Source: a virus (Duplodnaviria > Caudoviricetes). From it: 38,597 bases of DNA. The stretch covers positions 1 to 38,597 of the IMG/VR virus record IMGVR_UViG_3300037602_000087. One strand, given 5' to 3'. This document shows, piece after piece, positions 15,455-25,579 of the stretch. The position numbers and the translations under genes are program-made. The notes beneath the pieces are model-generated. The model was not told where the DNA came from. It was given only the letters and a program-made list of their open reading frames with translations, and did no database searches. Position 1 is the stretch's first letter, and each line of letters starts with the position of its first letter.

Positions 15455-17170
15455 ATGCCGTTTGATTTTGCCTGCCCGGATTGGGAAGCGCGGTTGAAGG
15501 CCGGGCTGCCCCCTATCCCTGATCTGCCGCTGGATGAGGCGGCCGCCAATAAGGCAGTCGAGATTTTTAACGAATTGCGCCTGCCCGACGTGCCAGGGCA
15601 GCCGCGCATGGAAACCGCCTGCGGCGATTGGTTCCGCACTCTGGTTCGGGCCGCCTTTGGCAGCCGGGATCCTGAGACGGGCGAGAACCGGGTTGGCGAG
15701 ATTTTTTGTCTCGTCCCAAAGAAGAACAGCAAAACCACCAATTCGGCCGCGCTTGGGATCACGGCGCTGCTGATGAACCAGACACCAAACGCCACAATGC
15801 TGATCGTGGGCCCCACCAAAGATGTGGCTGACACCTGTTTTAGCCAGATGGCGGGCATGATCGAGGCGGATCCCGAGGATCCAGAGACGGGCCGCAGCTA
15901 TCTGCAGGATCGTTTCAACGTGCGCGAGGGCACGCAGGAAATCGTGGATCGCTGGACCGGCGCCACGCTCGCGGTAAAGTCGTTTGATCGCAAGGTGGTG
16001 ACAGGCAAGATCCCGAAACTGGTGATCATAGACGAATTGCACGTCTTGGGTGGCAATGCCTACGCCGCAAAGGTGCTGGCGCAGCTGCGCGGCGGGATGA
16101 TCACCCAGCCGGACACGCTTCTGCTGGTGATCACCACGCAAAGCGATGAGCCGCCGAAAGGCGTGTTTCGTCAGGAACTGAAATACGCCCGCGAGGTGCG
16201 CGACGGAAAGCACAAGGGCGGCCGCCTGCTGGCGATGCTCTATGAGTTTCCCGAGGAAATCCAAAAGAGCAAGGACAAGGCCTGGCGGGATCCGCGCCTG
16301 TGGCCGATGGTGCTGCCAAACCTCGGCCGGTCCATCACCATTGACCGCTTGATGAACCTCTACCGCATGGCCGAAGCCAAGGGGATTGATGAGGAACTGG
16401 TATGGGCCACCCAGCATCTGAATATTCAGATTGGCATGGGCACCCATGCCGAAACGTGGATTGGTGCGACGGTCTGGCCAGTTGATGTGCCACTGGTGAC
16501 GCTGGATCAGCTGTTGGATCAGTCGGACTGCATCACGGCCGGGATCGACGGCGGTGGGCTTGATGATCTGCTGGGGCTCGGGCTGGTCGGCCGCCACAAG
16601 GTAACCCGGCGGTGGTATGGCTGGGCGCGGGCATGGGCGCAGCCCGAAGTTCTAAAGCGGCGCCAGGACATTGCCAGCCAGCTGGAGGACTTCGCGAAGC
16701 AGGGCGACGTGATCCTGTGTAATGATGCCTCGCAGGATCTGCGCGAGGTGGCCGAGATTTGCAGTCGGATCCACAAGGCTGGTCTGTTTCCCGAGAAATA
16801 CGGGATCGGTCTGGATCCCGCCGGCATCACGGCGCTGGTAGATGAACTGGTGGCCAAAGAAATGCAGGATGATTTGCTCTCATCCATCAGCCAAGGCTGG
16901 CGCCTGTCGCCAGCAATCCAAGGGCTAGAGCGCAAGTTGCGAGATGGGTCTTTCGTGCCCTGTGGTCAGGAAATGCTGACCTGGTGCGTGGGCAACGCAA
17001 AGACCGTGGATCGCGGAAACGCGGTGGCGGTCGAAAAGGCCGTTTCGGGCAGAGCCAAAATTGATCCCCTGATCGGGATTTTCAACGCGGTGTTTTTGAT
17101 GAGCCGCAACCCGGTCGCCAAGGGTGGCGGTCTGGATGATTTCCTCAACAATCCGGTGATGGTGATATGA
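15455..17170 (+). CDS. terL: Terminase large subunit
   Basis: Walker A VPKKNSKT, Walker B IIDELH, ITT coupling motif, nuclease GIDGGGLDDL..KIDP. Confidence 0.95.
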   Translation: MPFDFACPDWEARLKAGLPPIPDLPLDEAAANKAVEIFNELRLPDVPGQPRMETACGDWFRTLVRAAFGSRDPETGENRVGEIFCLVPKKNSKTTNSAALGITALLMNQTPNATMLIVGPTKDVADTCFSQMAGMIEADPEDPETGRSYLQDRFNVREGTQEIVDRWTGATLAVKSFDRKVVTGKIPKLVIIDELHVLGGNAYAAKVLAQLRGGMITQPDTLLLVITTQSDEPPKGVFRQELKYAREVRDGKHKGGRLLAMLYEFPEEIQKSKDKAWRDPRLWPMVLPNLGRSITIDRLMNLYRMAEAKGIDEELVWATQHLNIQIGMGTHAETWIGATVWPVDVPLVTLDQLLDQSDCITAGIDGGGLDDLLGLGLVGRHKVTRRWYGWARAWAQPEVLKRRQDIASQLEDFAKQGDVILCNDASQDLREVAEICSRIHKAGLFPEKYGIGLDPAGITALVDELVAKEMQDDLLSSISQGWRLSPAIQGLERKLRDGSFVPCGQEMLTWCVGNAKTVDRGNAVAVEKAVSGRAKIDPLIGIFNAVFLMSRNPVAKGGGLDDFLNNPVMVI

Positions 17171-18381
17171 TCGCAGCGCGACTATTCAAAGCGGCCGCCC
17201 GGGCCGTGCGCAATGAACTAGCGGCCGGGCAGTCTGGCTGGATCAACGCGGAGGATGGCGCTTCGGCTGTGTCTGTCTCTGGCGTTGTGGTGAGCCAATC
17301 CACCGCCATGACAATCTCGGCGGCATTTGATTGCGTGCGCAAGAATGCGCAGGCGGTGGCCACGCTGCCGCTCGCTGTCTATGAGCGCCAGCCAGATGGG
17401 TCGAAACAACGGATCGACACCGAACTGTCAGAAATCCTGACGGTTTCACCCTGCCCGGGCATGACAGCGGTGGATTATTGGGAAGGCATGGCCGCCCAAA
17501 CCGTTCTGAACGGTAACGGCTATTCCGAGCGGTTGGAAATCGGGAACCGGCTGGTGGGTCTGCGTCCGCTCCAGGGTGTGACGCCCCGGCGGCTCAAAAA
17601 TGGCGAGTTTGAATATTCGTTCATAGATCGCGGCAAGCGCGAGGTTCTGCCAGCACAAAAGGTATTCCATGTGCGCGGATTTGGGGCCGGGACGGGCATT
17701 GGCCTGTCTGCGATCAAATACGGGGCGAATGCCTTTGGCGCTGCGGTTGCGGCAGATAATTCCGCAAGCGAGGTGTTCAAATCCGGGCTGATGGCCAGCG
17801 GGGTGGTGACGTCTGATCAGACCCTAGATGAGAAGCAGCGGAAAACCTTGGAAAGCATTCTGCAGACCTATCGGGGCTCCAAGAACGGCGGCAAGATCAT
17901 GGCGCTGGAAGCTGGTTTGAAGTTTCAGGCGCTGCAAATGAACCCCGAAGACGTGCAGCTGCTGGATACCCGCCGGTTCAATGTTGAGGACGTGTGCCGC
18001 TGGTTCGGTACGCCCCCGGTGATCGTCGGTCACGCGGCGCAGGGTCAAACCATGTGGGGCAGTGGGGTTGAGGCCATCATGCTGTCATGGCTTACGCTGG
18101 GGCTGAACCCGAGCCTGCGCAAGATCGAGGCGCAGGCGCGTCTTGATCTGATCCCACGTGAGCGCCGCCGCCGATGGTTTGTCGAGTTCAACCGCGAGGC
18201 GCTGCTGCAAATGGACAGCAAGGCCAAGGGCGAGTTTCTGAGCAAAATGGCAAGCTCTGCGACCATGACCGCCAATGAGCGGCGGGCCAAGTTGAACCTG
18301 CCGCCCCATGCGGATCCCTCGGCCAATGAACTGCTGGCGCAAGGCGCCATGCTTCCAATTCAGGATTTGGGAAAGGATTGA
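17167..18381 (+). CDS. Portal protein, HK97 family
   Basis: AQAVATLPL, LNGNGY, FHVRGF, LEAGLKFQ..DVQLLDTRRF..VCRWFGTPP, MTANERR. Confidence 0.95.
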   Translation: MIAARLFKAAARAVRNELAAGQSGWINAEDGASAVSVSGVVVSQSTAMTISAAFDCVRKNAQAVATLPLAVYERQPDGSKQRIDTELSEILTVSPCPGMTAVDYWEGMAAQTVLNGNGYSERLEIGNRLVGLRPLQGVTPRRLKNGEFEYSFIDRGKREVLPAQKVFHVRGFGAGTGIGLSAIKYGANAFGAAVAADNSASEVFKSGLMASGVVTSDQTLDEKQRKTLESILQTYRGSKNGGKIMALEAGLKFQALQMNPEDVQLLDTRRFNVEDVCRWFGTPPVIVGHAAQGQTMWGSGVEAIMLSWLTLGLNPSLRKIEAQARLDLIPRERRRRWFVEFNREALLQMDSKAKGEFLSKMASSATMTANERRAKLNLPPHADPSANELLAQGAMLPIQDLGKD

Positions 18382-18384
18382 TCC

Positions 18385-19239
18385 ATGGGAAATCGCAATC
18401 TGCCGCGCGCCGCCATTCCAGGCCGCCCGGGTGTTTCAAGCAACCTGACACCGAGCGCGGCGCAGCGTTGGAACCCGGATCTGCGGGCCGCTGCGTCTGA
18501 GGATGCCGATGTGGCCACGGTGTCGGTGCTGGAGCCGATTGGCGCGGATATGTGGGGCGATGGTGTCACGGCCAAGCGGATCGGCGCGGCGCTGCGATCC
18601 ATTGGGGATCGCGATGTGGTGGTGAATATCAACAGCCCTGGCGGCGACTATTTCGAGGGGCTGGCGATCTACAACCTGTTGCGCGAACACAAGGGCAAGG
18701 TGACGGTTCGGATCCTTGGCATGGCCGCATCGGCCGCATCGGTGATCGCCATGGCCGCAGATCAGGTTCTGATCGGTCGAGCGGCCTTCTTAATGATCCA
18801 TAACACATGGGTCGTTGCCGCCGGGGATCGCCATGCGTTCCGCGATGTGGCCGATTGGCTGGAGCCTTTCGACCTAGCGGCGGCCGAGGTCTACGCGGCA
18901 CGCACCGGACAAACGGTTGCGCAGATCGCGCAGCAGCTGGATCGGGAAACGTGGATCGGTGGAGGTGCAGCCGTCGAGCAAGGCTTTGCCGATGGGCTGC
19001 TGGACAGTGACGCGGTGGAAACCGCGCAAGCCTCGGCCGATCTGTCGCCCATGGCCGCGCAGAAAAAACTGGATCTGTTCCTGGCCTGTGGGATCCGCAT
19101 TCCAAAATCTGACCGCCGCGATCTTGTGGCGGCGATCAAAGGCGGGGGCACGTCTGGCGCTGCCGCCGCAAACGGCATGTCTGGCGCTGCCGTGACCGAG
19201 TGGGCGCAAGGCGCGCTCGCCAAAATCAACTCCCTGTAA
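18385..19239 (+). CDS. ClpP-type head maturation protease
   Basis: INSPGG, GMAASAAS (catalytic Ser), MIHN, ETW..A..GFAD. Confidence 0.93.
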   Translation: MGNRNLPRAAIPGRPGVSSNLTPSAAQRWNPDLRAAASEDADVATVSVLEPIGADMWGDGVTAKRIGAALRSIGDRDVVVNINSPGGDYFEGLAIYNLLREHKGKVTVRILGMAASAASVIAMAADQVLIGRAAFLMIHNTWVVAAGDRHAFRDVADWLEPFDLAAAEVYAARTGQTVAQIAQQLDRETWIGGGAAVEQGFADGLLDSDAVETAQASADLSPMAAQKKLDLFLACGIRIPKSDRRDLVAAIKGGGTSGAAAANGMSGAAVTEWAQGALAKINSL

Positions 19240-19254
19240 CTGAGGAAATCAGAC

Positions 19255-20574
19255 ATGAAAAAATCCTTGATGCCCGCCATCGCAATGGCGGCAATGATCA
19301 CGGCTGCGCCTACCTCGGCCGTTCTGCTGTCCGGTCTGCGCAATGAGGCAGTGGACCCGGAGCGTCTGCTGCGCGAGGTCAATCAAAAACTGGACAGCCT
19401 GAATGGCGAGGTGAAGCAGACCGCAGAAGACGCGCTGCAACAGGCCAAGCAGGCCGGTGAAGTTTCGCAGGAAACCAAGCGTCAAGCGGATCAGCTGCTG
19501 ACCGCGCAGAACACGCTGAAACAAACCGCTGACAAGATCACCGAGCAGCTGGAGGGCCAATCCGCGCAGATCCTTGAACTGTCGCAATCGGTGGCCGCTG
19601 GCATGGGGCGCGGTGGCTCTGGTGCACCTATGTCCATGGGGCAGGCCGCGCTGGCTGAGGGCGGCGAACAGATCAAGGCGTTCCTGTCCAATGGGGCAAA
19701 GGGGAGCCTGTCCATTCCAGTGCATAACGCCATCACCTCGGCCTCTGGGTCTGGTGGTGGTTTGATTACCGGCGATGAAGAACGCACCCCGGTGAATATG
19801 GCTCGCCGTCGACTGCGGATCGTGAACCTGTTGAGCCGTGGCCGCACCGGGACCAATCTTGTGACCTTTCGCAAGCAGGTTTTGCGCACGGATGCCACCG
19901 CTGCCATTGCCGAAGGTGGCACCTATCCGGTCTCGGCTTTCGGCTGGGAAAAGTCGGACGCCAAGGTGAAAAAAATCGGTGCCGTGACCAACATCACCGA
20001 GGAAACGATGGCCGACGCGGATCAACTGCAGACCGAAATCGACGTGGAACTGCGTTATGGCCTCGACCTGGAGGAAGAAAAGCAGATCCTCGCGGGTGAT
20101 GGCGTTGGCGAAAACCTGCATGGTCTGATCCCCAACGCCACCGCCTTTGCAGCGGCCGCTGGATTGCCCAACCAGACCCGGATCGACCGTCTGCGGCTTG
20201 CGGTTTTGCAGGTGGTTTTGGCCGATTACATCCCCACCGCCTTTGTGCTGAACCCGCTGGATTGGGCGGCCATCGACCTGCTGAAAGATGCGGACGGGCG
20301 CTACATCTTTGGCAACCCGCACGCACAATCCACGCCGATGCTGTGGGGCAAGGACGTGGTGGAAAGCGCCACCATGACACAGAATGAATGGCTCACTGGC
20401 GATCTGGAAATGGCGGCCACCTACTATGATCGCAGCGAGGCCGAGGTTCTGATTTCCTCGGAGCATGATCAGAACTTTGTCGAGGACATGCTGACCATGA
20501 AAGCCCGCAAACGTGCGGCGCTGGCGCACAAGCGCCCGGCGGCCATGGTAGCGGGCGATTTCACCTTCGTTTGA
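19255..20574 (+). CDS. Major capsid protein, HK97 family
   Basis: Coiled-coil delta domain; EEEKQILAGDG..NLHG, LNPLDWAAI..KDADGRYI; GAGG RBS. Confidence 0.95.
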   Translation: MKKSLMPAIAMAAMITAAPTSAVLLSGLRNEAVDPERLLREVNQKLDSLNGEVKQTAEDALQQAKQAGEVSQETKRQADQLLTAQNTLKQTADKITEQLEGQSAQILELSQSVAAGMGRGGSGAPMSMGQAALAEGGEQIKAFLSNGAKGSLSIPVHNAITSASGSGGGLITGDEERTPVNMARRRLRIVNLLSRGRTGTNLVTFRKQVLRTDATAAIAEGGTYPVSAFGWEKSDAKVKKIGAVTNITEETMADADQLQTEIDVELRYGLDLEEEKQILAGDGVGENLHGLIPNATAFAAAAGLPNQTRIDRLRLAVLQVVLADYIPTAFVLNPLDWAAIDLLKDADGRYIFGNPHAQSTPMLWGKDVVESATMTQNEWLTGDLEMAATYYDRSEAEVLISSEHDQNFVEDMLTMKARKRAALAHKRPAAMVAGDFTFV

Positions 20575-20599
20575 TCTGATCGTGGATCAGTCTGAGCTG

Positions 20600-20633
20600 A
20601 CCCGCCCGGGATAATCCGGGCGGGTTCTTTATT
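20600..20633 (+). terminator. Intrinsic terminator after MCP
   Basis: ACCCGCCCGG..CCGGGCGGGT followed by TCTTTATT. Confidence 0.75.
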
Positions 20634-20655
20634 CGACACGAAAGGGGAATATCCC

Positions 20656-20955
20656 GTGTATGTGAAAATCAACCAGACCCGCCACACCAAGATCGGTACT
20701 TTGCGGCCGGGGATCTATGAGAAAGCCAAACTTGGTCCCGAAGGTGCCAAAGTGATCGAGGCGCTGGTCGGTGCCAAAGATCCAGCCGTGAAGGAAGTCA
20801 GCGAAAAAGAGGCAACGGCCGAACTGTCTAAGGTCAAGTCTCTGATGCCGGGTAAAGTCGAGGATCTGAAAATCGGCGCCGCATCTGTATCTGATGCCGA
20901 TGCAGAGCAGTCCACAGATGCACAGAACACTGAGCCACAGGTGCCTGCAAAATGA
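20656..20955 (+). CDS. Hypothetical head-region protein
   Basis: AAAGGGG RBS, GTG start, ATGA-coupled to the next gene. Confidence 0.7.
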   Translation: MYVKINQTRHTKIGTLRPGIYEKAKLGPEGAKVIEALVGAKDPAVKEVSEKEATAELSKVKSLMPGKVEDLKIGAASVSDADAEQSTDAQNTEPQVPAK

Positions 20956-21251
20956 CGCAGATCGCGCTGGAGGACATGAAACTGCACCTCGGGGTGCCTG
21001 CGGATGATCCCGGCCATGACCCGATGATCACCGGCTATATGGAAGCGGCCGAGGATCATGTGGCGCGATACCTCCGGCGCGATCTGGACACAGAGTTTCC
21101 GGGTGGTTGGCCAGCCAGCGTGCTGCAGGCAATTCGTCTGCTGGTGGCGCATTGGTATTTGAACCGGGAAGCCGCCGCAGCCGGTGTCATGACAGAGGTG
21201 CCGTATGGGGTGAAAGCCATGCTGGCGCCCTATCGTGAATTTGGGGCCTGA
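20952..21251 (+). CDS. Head-tail connector (HK97 gp6-like)
   Basis: LEDMKLHL..AIRLLVAHWYLNRE..LAPYR. Confidence 0.9.
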   Translation: MTQIALEDMKLHLGVPADDPGHDPMITGYMEAAEDHVARYLRRDLDTEFPGGWPASVLQAIRLLVAHWYLNREAAAAGVMTEVPYGVKAMLAPYREFGA

Positions 21252-21253
21252 TC

Positions 21254-21607
21254 GTGGGGGCGGGCAAGTATCGCGATGCTGTGGTGATCGAGCGCGTAGC
21301 TGCAGGCGGCGGTCGGGACCAATATGGCAACATCCAGCCAGGCGGCTGGACGGTGCTGTTTTCGGCCCGGGGCTGGCTGCGCCAAACGCCGGGCAAGGAA
21401 CAGATCGCCGCTGGTAGGCTGGAGGATACCGCAACGGCAACGCTGCGGATCCGCGCAAGTCTCACAAGCCCGGCGTGGGGGATCACCGGCGCGGATCGCG
21501 TGAGGCTCCGCGGGCAGATCTGGGCCATCAAAGGTGCCCCCATTGATCCCGAGGGGCGCGGTGAATGCATCGAATTGCTGCTAGAGCGTGGGGGTGCAGT
21601 TGAATGA
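21254..21607 (+). CDS. Head closure / head-tail adaptor (SPP1 gp16-like)
   Basis: GAGKYRD..DQYG..TLRIR..DRV; synteny. Confidence 0.8.
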   Translation: MGAGKYRDAVVIERVAAGGGRDQYGNIQPGGWTVLFSARGWLRQTPGKEQIAAGRLEDTATATLRIRASLTSPAWGITGADRVRLRGQIWAIKGAPIDPEGRGECIELLLERGGAVE

Positions 21608-22005
21608 AGGTCGAGGGCCACAAAAACCTGATCCGCAAGCTTTCGGCGCTGCCGGATGTGCAGCGGGATCACATCCGCAAGGCCATCGCCACCAGCACCG
21701 AGGAAGGCGCCCGGGTGGCCCGGGTACTGGCACCAAACACCACCGGCGAAACCCGCGAGGGGATCACGACGCAATACCGTGACAACGGCATGGTGGGCGA
21801 GGTGGTGGTGATTGCTTCGGATGCGCCACGGGCAGACAAGGACCGCGCCTATTCCATCGAAGAAGGGCGCAAGCAGGGCGACCGGGGCACTACCGAGGGC
21901 AGCCATCATGTGCGTCGGACCCGGCAGTATCTGGGCAAGAAGTTTCGCAATCGCATAGGCCGCGCGGTGCGCAAGGCCGCGAAAGAGGTGGCCAGCCGTG
22001 GCTGA
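21604..22005 (+). CDS. HK97 gp10-like neck protein
   Basis: LIRKLSAL..AP..TGETREGI..IEEG; synteny. Confidence 0.75.
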   Translation: MKVEGHKNLIRKLSALPDVQRDHIRKAIATSTEEGARVARVLAPNTTGETREGITTQYRDNGMVGEVVVIASDAPRADKDRAYSIEEGRKQGDRGTTEGSHHVRRTRQYLGKKFRNRIGRAVRKAAKEVASRG

Positions 22006-22414
22006 TGGATATTTGACCGCGACCATGGCGGGGCTGATCGCTGCCTTGCTGGCGGATCCCGCTGTGACTGATTTGGTCGGGGATCGGGTCGTGGATGAGC
22101 CCGGCGAGGGGATCGGTTTTCCCTACATCCGCCCGGATCGGCTGGAGTTGGTGAACGAGGACACCGACGGCACCGAGGGGGCATTGGTCCAAGTGGGGCT
22201 GGCGGTGCATTCGCGCCCCGGGCGGTCCGGTGGGCGTGTCGAGGCTGCCCGGATCTGTGAGCGGATCAATTCAGCCCTGCATCGCTCTGAAACGCTGATC
22301 TGCGACGGTTTCACTGTCGTTGATGTGGAGGTGCAGACTTGGGCTGTTGACCGCGCCCGGGACGGCAAATCCTACGAGGGCCGCGTGGCCCTGACTGTGC
22401 GCCTTAGCGCCTGA
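21998..22414 (+). CDS. Tail terminator (DUF3168-like)
   Basis: LLADPAVTDLVGDRVVD..FPYI; synteny before the tail tube gene. Confidence 0.8.
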   Translation: MADGYLTATMAGLIAALLADPAVTDLVGDRVVDEPGEGIGFPYIRPDRLELVNEDTDGTEGALVQVGLAVHSRPGRSGGRVEAARICERINSALHRSETLICDGFTVVDVEVQTWAVDRARDGKSYEGRVALTVRLSA

Positions 22415-22467
22415 TGCTGCCCGGCTGGGTGGCTTTCTCTTAAAATCACAACACAGGAGGATCCGGC

Positions 22468-22890
22468 ATGTCTGGACCAAAGAAGGGCCGCGCGTGGCTC
22501 TTGAAAATCTCTGACGGGGCTGGCGGTTTTGTCGCGCTAACCGGGATCAATGGCAAATCGCTGGACATCAACGGCGAGCGCATCGACGCCACTGTGCCCG
22601 ATGCATTGAACCCCGAGGGGCCGCTGTGGGCCAGTTCCTTGGATGGTGTGCGCAGCATTGGATTTTCCGGCGATGGCCGCGTGGTCAACAATGCTGCGGA
22701 GGAACGCCTGAAAACGGCCGTCCATGGTGACAGTATGGAGGATACCTTTCAGCTGGTTGTGCCCGGTTGGGGCACCTATGAGGGCGATTTTTCCCTGACA
22801 GTGCAGCTGGGCGATGATGGCACGGTGACGTTTTCCGTAACCGGTGCCAGCAACGGCCCAGTGCAGTTCACCACCATGGCGCCCGCCTAA
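22468..22890 (+). CDS. Major tail tube protein (TP901-1/GTA-like)
   Basis: AGGAGG RBS; KGRAWLLKI..IDAT..W...L.GVRS..SGDG..FQLVVPGWGTYEG. Confidence 0.88.
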   Translation: MSGPKKGRAWLLKISDGAGGFVALTGINGKSLDINGERIDATVPDALNPEGPLWASSLDGVRSIGFSGDGRVVNNAAEERLKTAVHGDSMEDTFQLVVPGWGTYEGDFSLTVQLGDDGTVTFSVTGASNGPVQFTTMAPA

Positions 22891-22893
22891 TCC

Positions 22894-23298
22894 ATGGGGA
22901 TTGCGGTGAAGGCGCCCCGAGGCGGTCTGGTCGAGCATTTGGTTGGATCGTCATACCCGCTGATCCTGCGCAACGCAGAGATTGAGCGGTTTGAAGATCA
23001 TCACCGGGGGATCTTTGACGTGTGGGACGGCTTTTTCGGCCGCTCCACAAAGCCCACCTCGCGCGAGGTGCGCGACATTGTGGCCTTGGGGCTTGTGGGT
23101 GGCGGAATGGCTGACGTGGCCGCTGATGCCTTGATGGAGGACCTCGGCCCCGATCAGAACCTGTTCCTCTACAGGATCGCGCAGGCGCTTCTGGGCGTAG
23201 CGTTCATGCCGGATAGCGTGGAGGGCGGCGGCAATGATCAGGCGCCAACGCCCGAGGATGATCCCGAAAAAAAGACAGATCCCGCGCTTGGAGCGTGA
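22894..23298 (+). CDS. Tail assembly chaperone (G; GTA gp10-like)
   Basis: EVRDIVALGLVGGGM motif; slippery A AAA AAG near the 3' end. Confidence 0.8.
   Translation: MGIAVKAPRGGLVEHLVGSSYPLILRNAEIERFEDHHRGIFDVWDGFFGRSTKPTSREVRDIVALGLVGGGMADVAADALMEDLGPDQNLFLYRIAQALLGVAFMPDSVEGGGNDQAPTPEDDPEKKTDPALGA
23268..23274 (+). other. Programmed -1 frameshift site (A AAA AAG)
   Basis: The -1 frame after the heptamer is open (DRSRAWSVRRII..) and joins ORF 23295-23477. Confidence 0.8.
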
Positions 23299-23477
23299 GG
23301 CGGATCATCCGCAGCGCGGCACCGCTGGGGATCCTGCCGGACCAAGTGCGGGCGATGTGCCCGCGTGATTGGCTGCTAATCAAGCGCGGCTATGACGATC
23401 AAGCGCAGGCGATGAAGCCCGGCGCAAATGCGCCGAGCAAATCAGAGGTGGACGAATTGGTGAGGCTTTACGGATGA
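23295..23477 (+). CDS. Tail assembly chaperone, T portion of the G-T fusion
   Basis: LGILPDQVRAMCPRDW..SEVDELVRLYG; in the -1 frame of G. Confidence 0.75.
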   Translation: MRRIIRSAAPLGILPDQVRAMCPRDWLLIKRGYDDQAQAMKPGANAPSKSEVDELVRLYG

Positions 23478-25579
23478 GCGCAACAGACTTTGAGCGACTG
23501 AATATCGTGCTGGCGGCGCGGGACCGTGAATTTGCACGTGCGATAGATCGCAATATTCGCCGGGTGGAGAGGTTTGCGGCCCGCTCGCAGCGCAATCTGT
23601 CCACAACCTCCAAACGCTTTGACGCGCTTGCATTTGCAGCCAAACGGATGGGGCCATTGATCGCGGCGCTTGGCGCGGGGGCGGTGATTGGCAAGCTACA
23701 GCGGACGGTTTCGACGCTGGATGACATCGGCAAAACCGCTGACAAGATCGGTCTGACCACCGACGCGCTGCAGGAATGGCGCACGATTGCCGAGAGCGCA
23801 GGTGTGGCACAGGGGGCGCTGGATAGTTCTCTGGAGCGGTTTAACAAGCGGCTGGGGGAAGCGCAGAAAGGCGGCGGCGCGGCCTCTAAGATGCTCAAAC
23901 AGTTGGGGCTGGACGCGGGCGAATTGGCCACGGCTGGCCTTGATGAAGCCATGAAGCAGGTGGCCGATCAGATCGCTGGGCTGGCCGATCCCACTGAGCG
24001 CGCGGCCGCAGCTGCGGCTCTGTTCGGTCGCGAGGGCGTGGCCATGGTCAATCTGTTGCGCGAGGGCAGTGCAGGCATGGATCGCATGCGTCAAGAGGCG
24101 CGGGATCTTGGGATCATCATTGATGAAAGCCTGATCCGCGGCGCCGAGGATGCACAGACGAAACTGGACCTAATGTCCCGTGTGATCGACGCGCAGCTGA
24201 ATAGCGCATTGGTCGAATTGGCGCCGCTTCTGGTTGGGGGCGCCACTGCATTGGCCGATTTCGCGCGGTTCATTAATTCAAGCATTGATGCGGTGGAAAA
24301 TTTTCTCGACCCGCAGAGCGATTTACAAAAAGCCACGGACAACTTGGTGAATGCGATGGCTGATGAAATTCGCCAGTCGCAGCTTCTTGAGGCGGCATTG
24401 GATCGTGGTCTGACCATGAGCGTTGCAACTGCGAAGGCGAAATTGGAGGAGGCCCGCACCCGGCATGAAAACGCCAAGGCAGCTGTAGCGGAGCACCGGG
24501 CAGTTAAGCTTGGATCGACTGAGTATCAGGATCTTAGCAAGGTCATTCGGCAAACGCGCTCTGATATTGAAGAAATGGAAAGTGTACAGCGCCGGGCTGC
24601 TGAGCAAGGTATCACGCTGCCTGGGATTTCGGCGGATGACGCCACGCATGCCGCGAACGTCGCAGCGGCATATGGCCGTTTGAATGAAGCAATTTTGCGG
24701 CGTCACCAGATCAGCCAGGAAGATGATCAACTCAATGAACAGATGGAACGAACTGCCAGTAATATCGCTAGGCTGCAGGACGCTATTGATAGCCAGCAAG
24801 GTGGCGTGGTCTCAATTGAGGGAGAGTATGTTCAACCAATTGAACCCGGTTTGAGGGATCCAGTCGAGGCCAGCGGCCGGGCAGCTTCGGCCGCTGTTCC
24901 TGAGTTGAGCGACTATGCAGACGTAGTGGCACGCATTCAATCCGTCTTTGGCGATGCTGCAGTTGCAGGGGGTGGCTATAAGGATCAGCTAGCGCAGTTG
25001 GATGCGCTCTATCGCGCAGGCAAGCTATCTGCTGCAGAATATGAGGATGCGGTAGGCGCGGTTGAAAACAAGTTTGAAGACGCAAAATCCGCGGCCGAGA
25101 GCCTGCGCGCCTCTGCCACCCGCGCGCTGACCGACATTGTAACAAATGCTGAGAGCGCCAGCGATGCGGTGGCTGGTCTATTGAGCAACTTGGCCGGGAT
25201 GTTTACCAACGCCGCCATCGGCGGATTGGTCAAGGACATAGGGATTTTTGATGACCTTGGCGGCCTCCTGAGTTTTGACGGCGGTGGATATACCGGCAAT
25301 GCCCCTCGCACGGGCGGGGTGGATGGCAAGGGCGGCCGCATGGCGGTGATCCATCCGAAAGAAAGCATCATCGACCACACCAAAGGCCAGCGGTTGCCCG
25401 CTGCCCCTGTGTCGTCTGGGCCGGTTCAGCTGACGGTCAATGTGATCGGCGCCAAGACGGATGCACAGATCCGCGACATGGCCCGCGAAGGCGCGCAGCA
25501 GGTGGTTCAGCAATATGACCGCCAAGTGCTGCCCCGATCCGTCGCTGCAATTCAGAATGATCCTCGGAGGATCGGATGA
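23474..25579 (+). CDS. Tail tape measure protein (701 aa)
   Basis: Ala-rich helical protein; C-terminal FDGGGYTG..GGVDGKGG..HPKE; position after the chaperones. Confidence 0.92.
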   Translation: MSATDFERLNIVLAARDREFARAIDRNIRRVERFAARSQRNLSTTSKRFDALAFAAKRMGPLIAALGAGAVIGKLQRTVSTLDDIGKTADKIGLTTDALQEWRTIAESAGVAQGALDSSLERFNKRLGEAQKGGGAASKMLKQLGLDAGELATAGLDEAMKQVADQIAGLADPTERAAAAAALFGREGVAMVNLLREGSAGMDRMRQEARDLGIIIDESLIRGAEDAQTKLDLMSRVIDAQLNSALVELAPLLVGGATALADFARFINSSIDAVENFLDPQSDLQKATDNLVNAMADEIRQSQLLEAALDRGLTMSVATAKAKLEEARTRHENAKAAVAEHRAVKLGSTEYQDLSKVIRQTRSDIEEMESVQRRAAEQGITLPGISADDATHAANVAAAYGRLNEAILRRHQISQEDDQLNEQMERTASNIARLQDAIDSQQGGVVSIEGEYVQPIEPGLRDPVEASGRAASAAVPELSDYADVVARIQSVFGDAAVAGGGYKDQLAQLDALYRAGKLSAAEYEDAVGAVENKFEDAKSAAESLRASATRALTDIVTNAESASDAVAGLLSNLAGMFTNAAIGGLVKDIGIFDDLGGLLSFDGGGYTGNAPRTGGVDGKGGRMAVIHPKESIIDHTKGQRLPAAPVSSGPVQLTVNVIGAKTDAQIRDMAREGAQQVVQQYDRQVLPRSVAAIQNDPRRIG

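Noticed and set aside
19255-19350. Signal peptide on the major capsid protein
   Set aside because: The hydrophobic start belongs to the cleaved HK97-type delta/scaffold region; export makes no sense for MCP
15110-20529. Long antisense ORFs (15110-16597, 19249-20529; also 9957-10925 and 21187-22026)
   Set aside because: Shadow frames of well-supported high-GC genes, with no recognisable motifs
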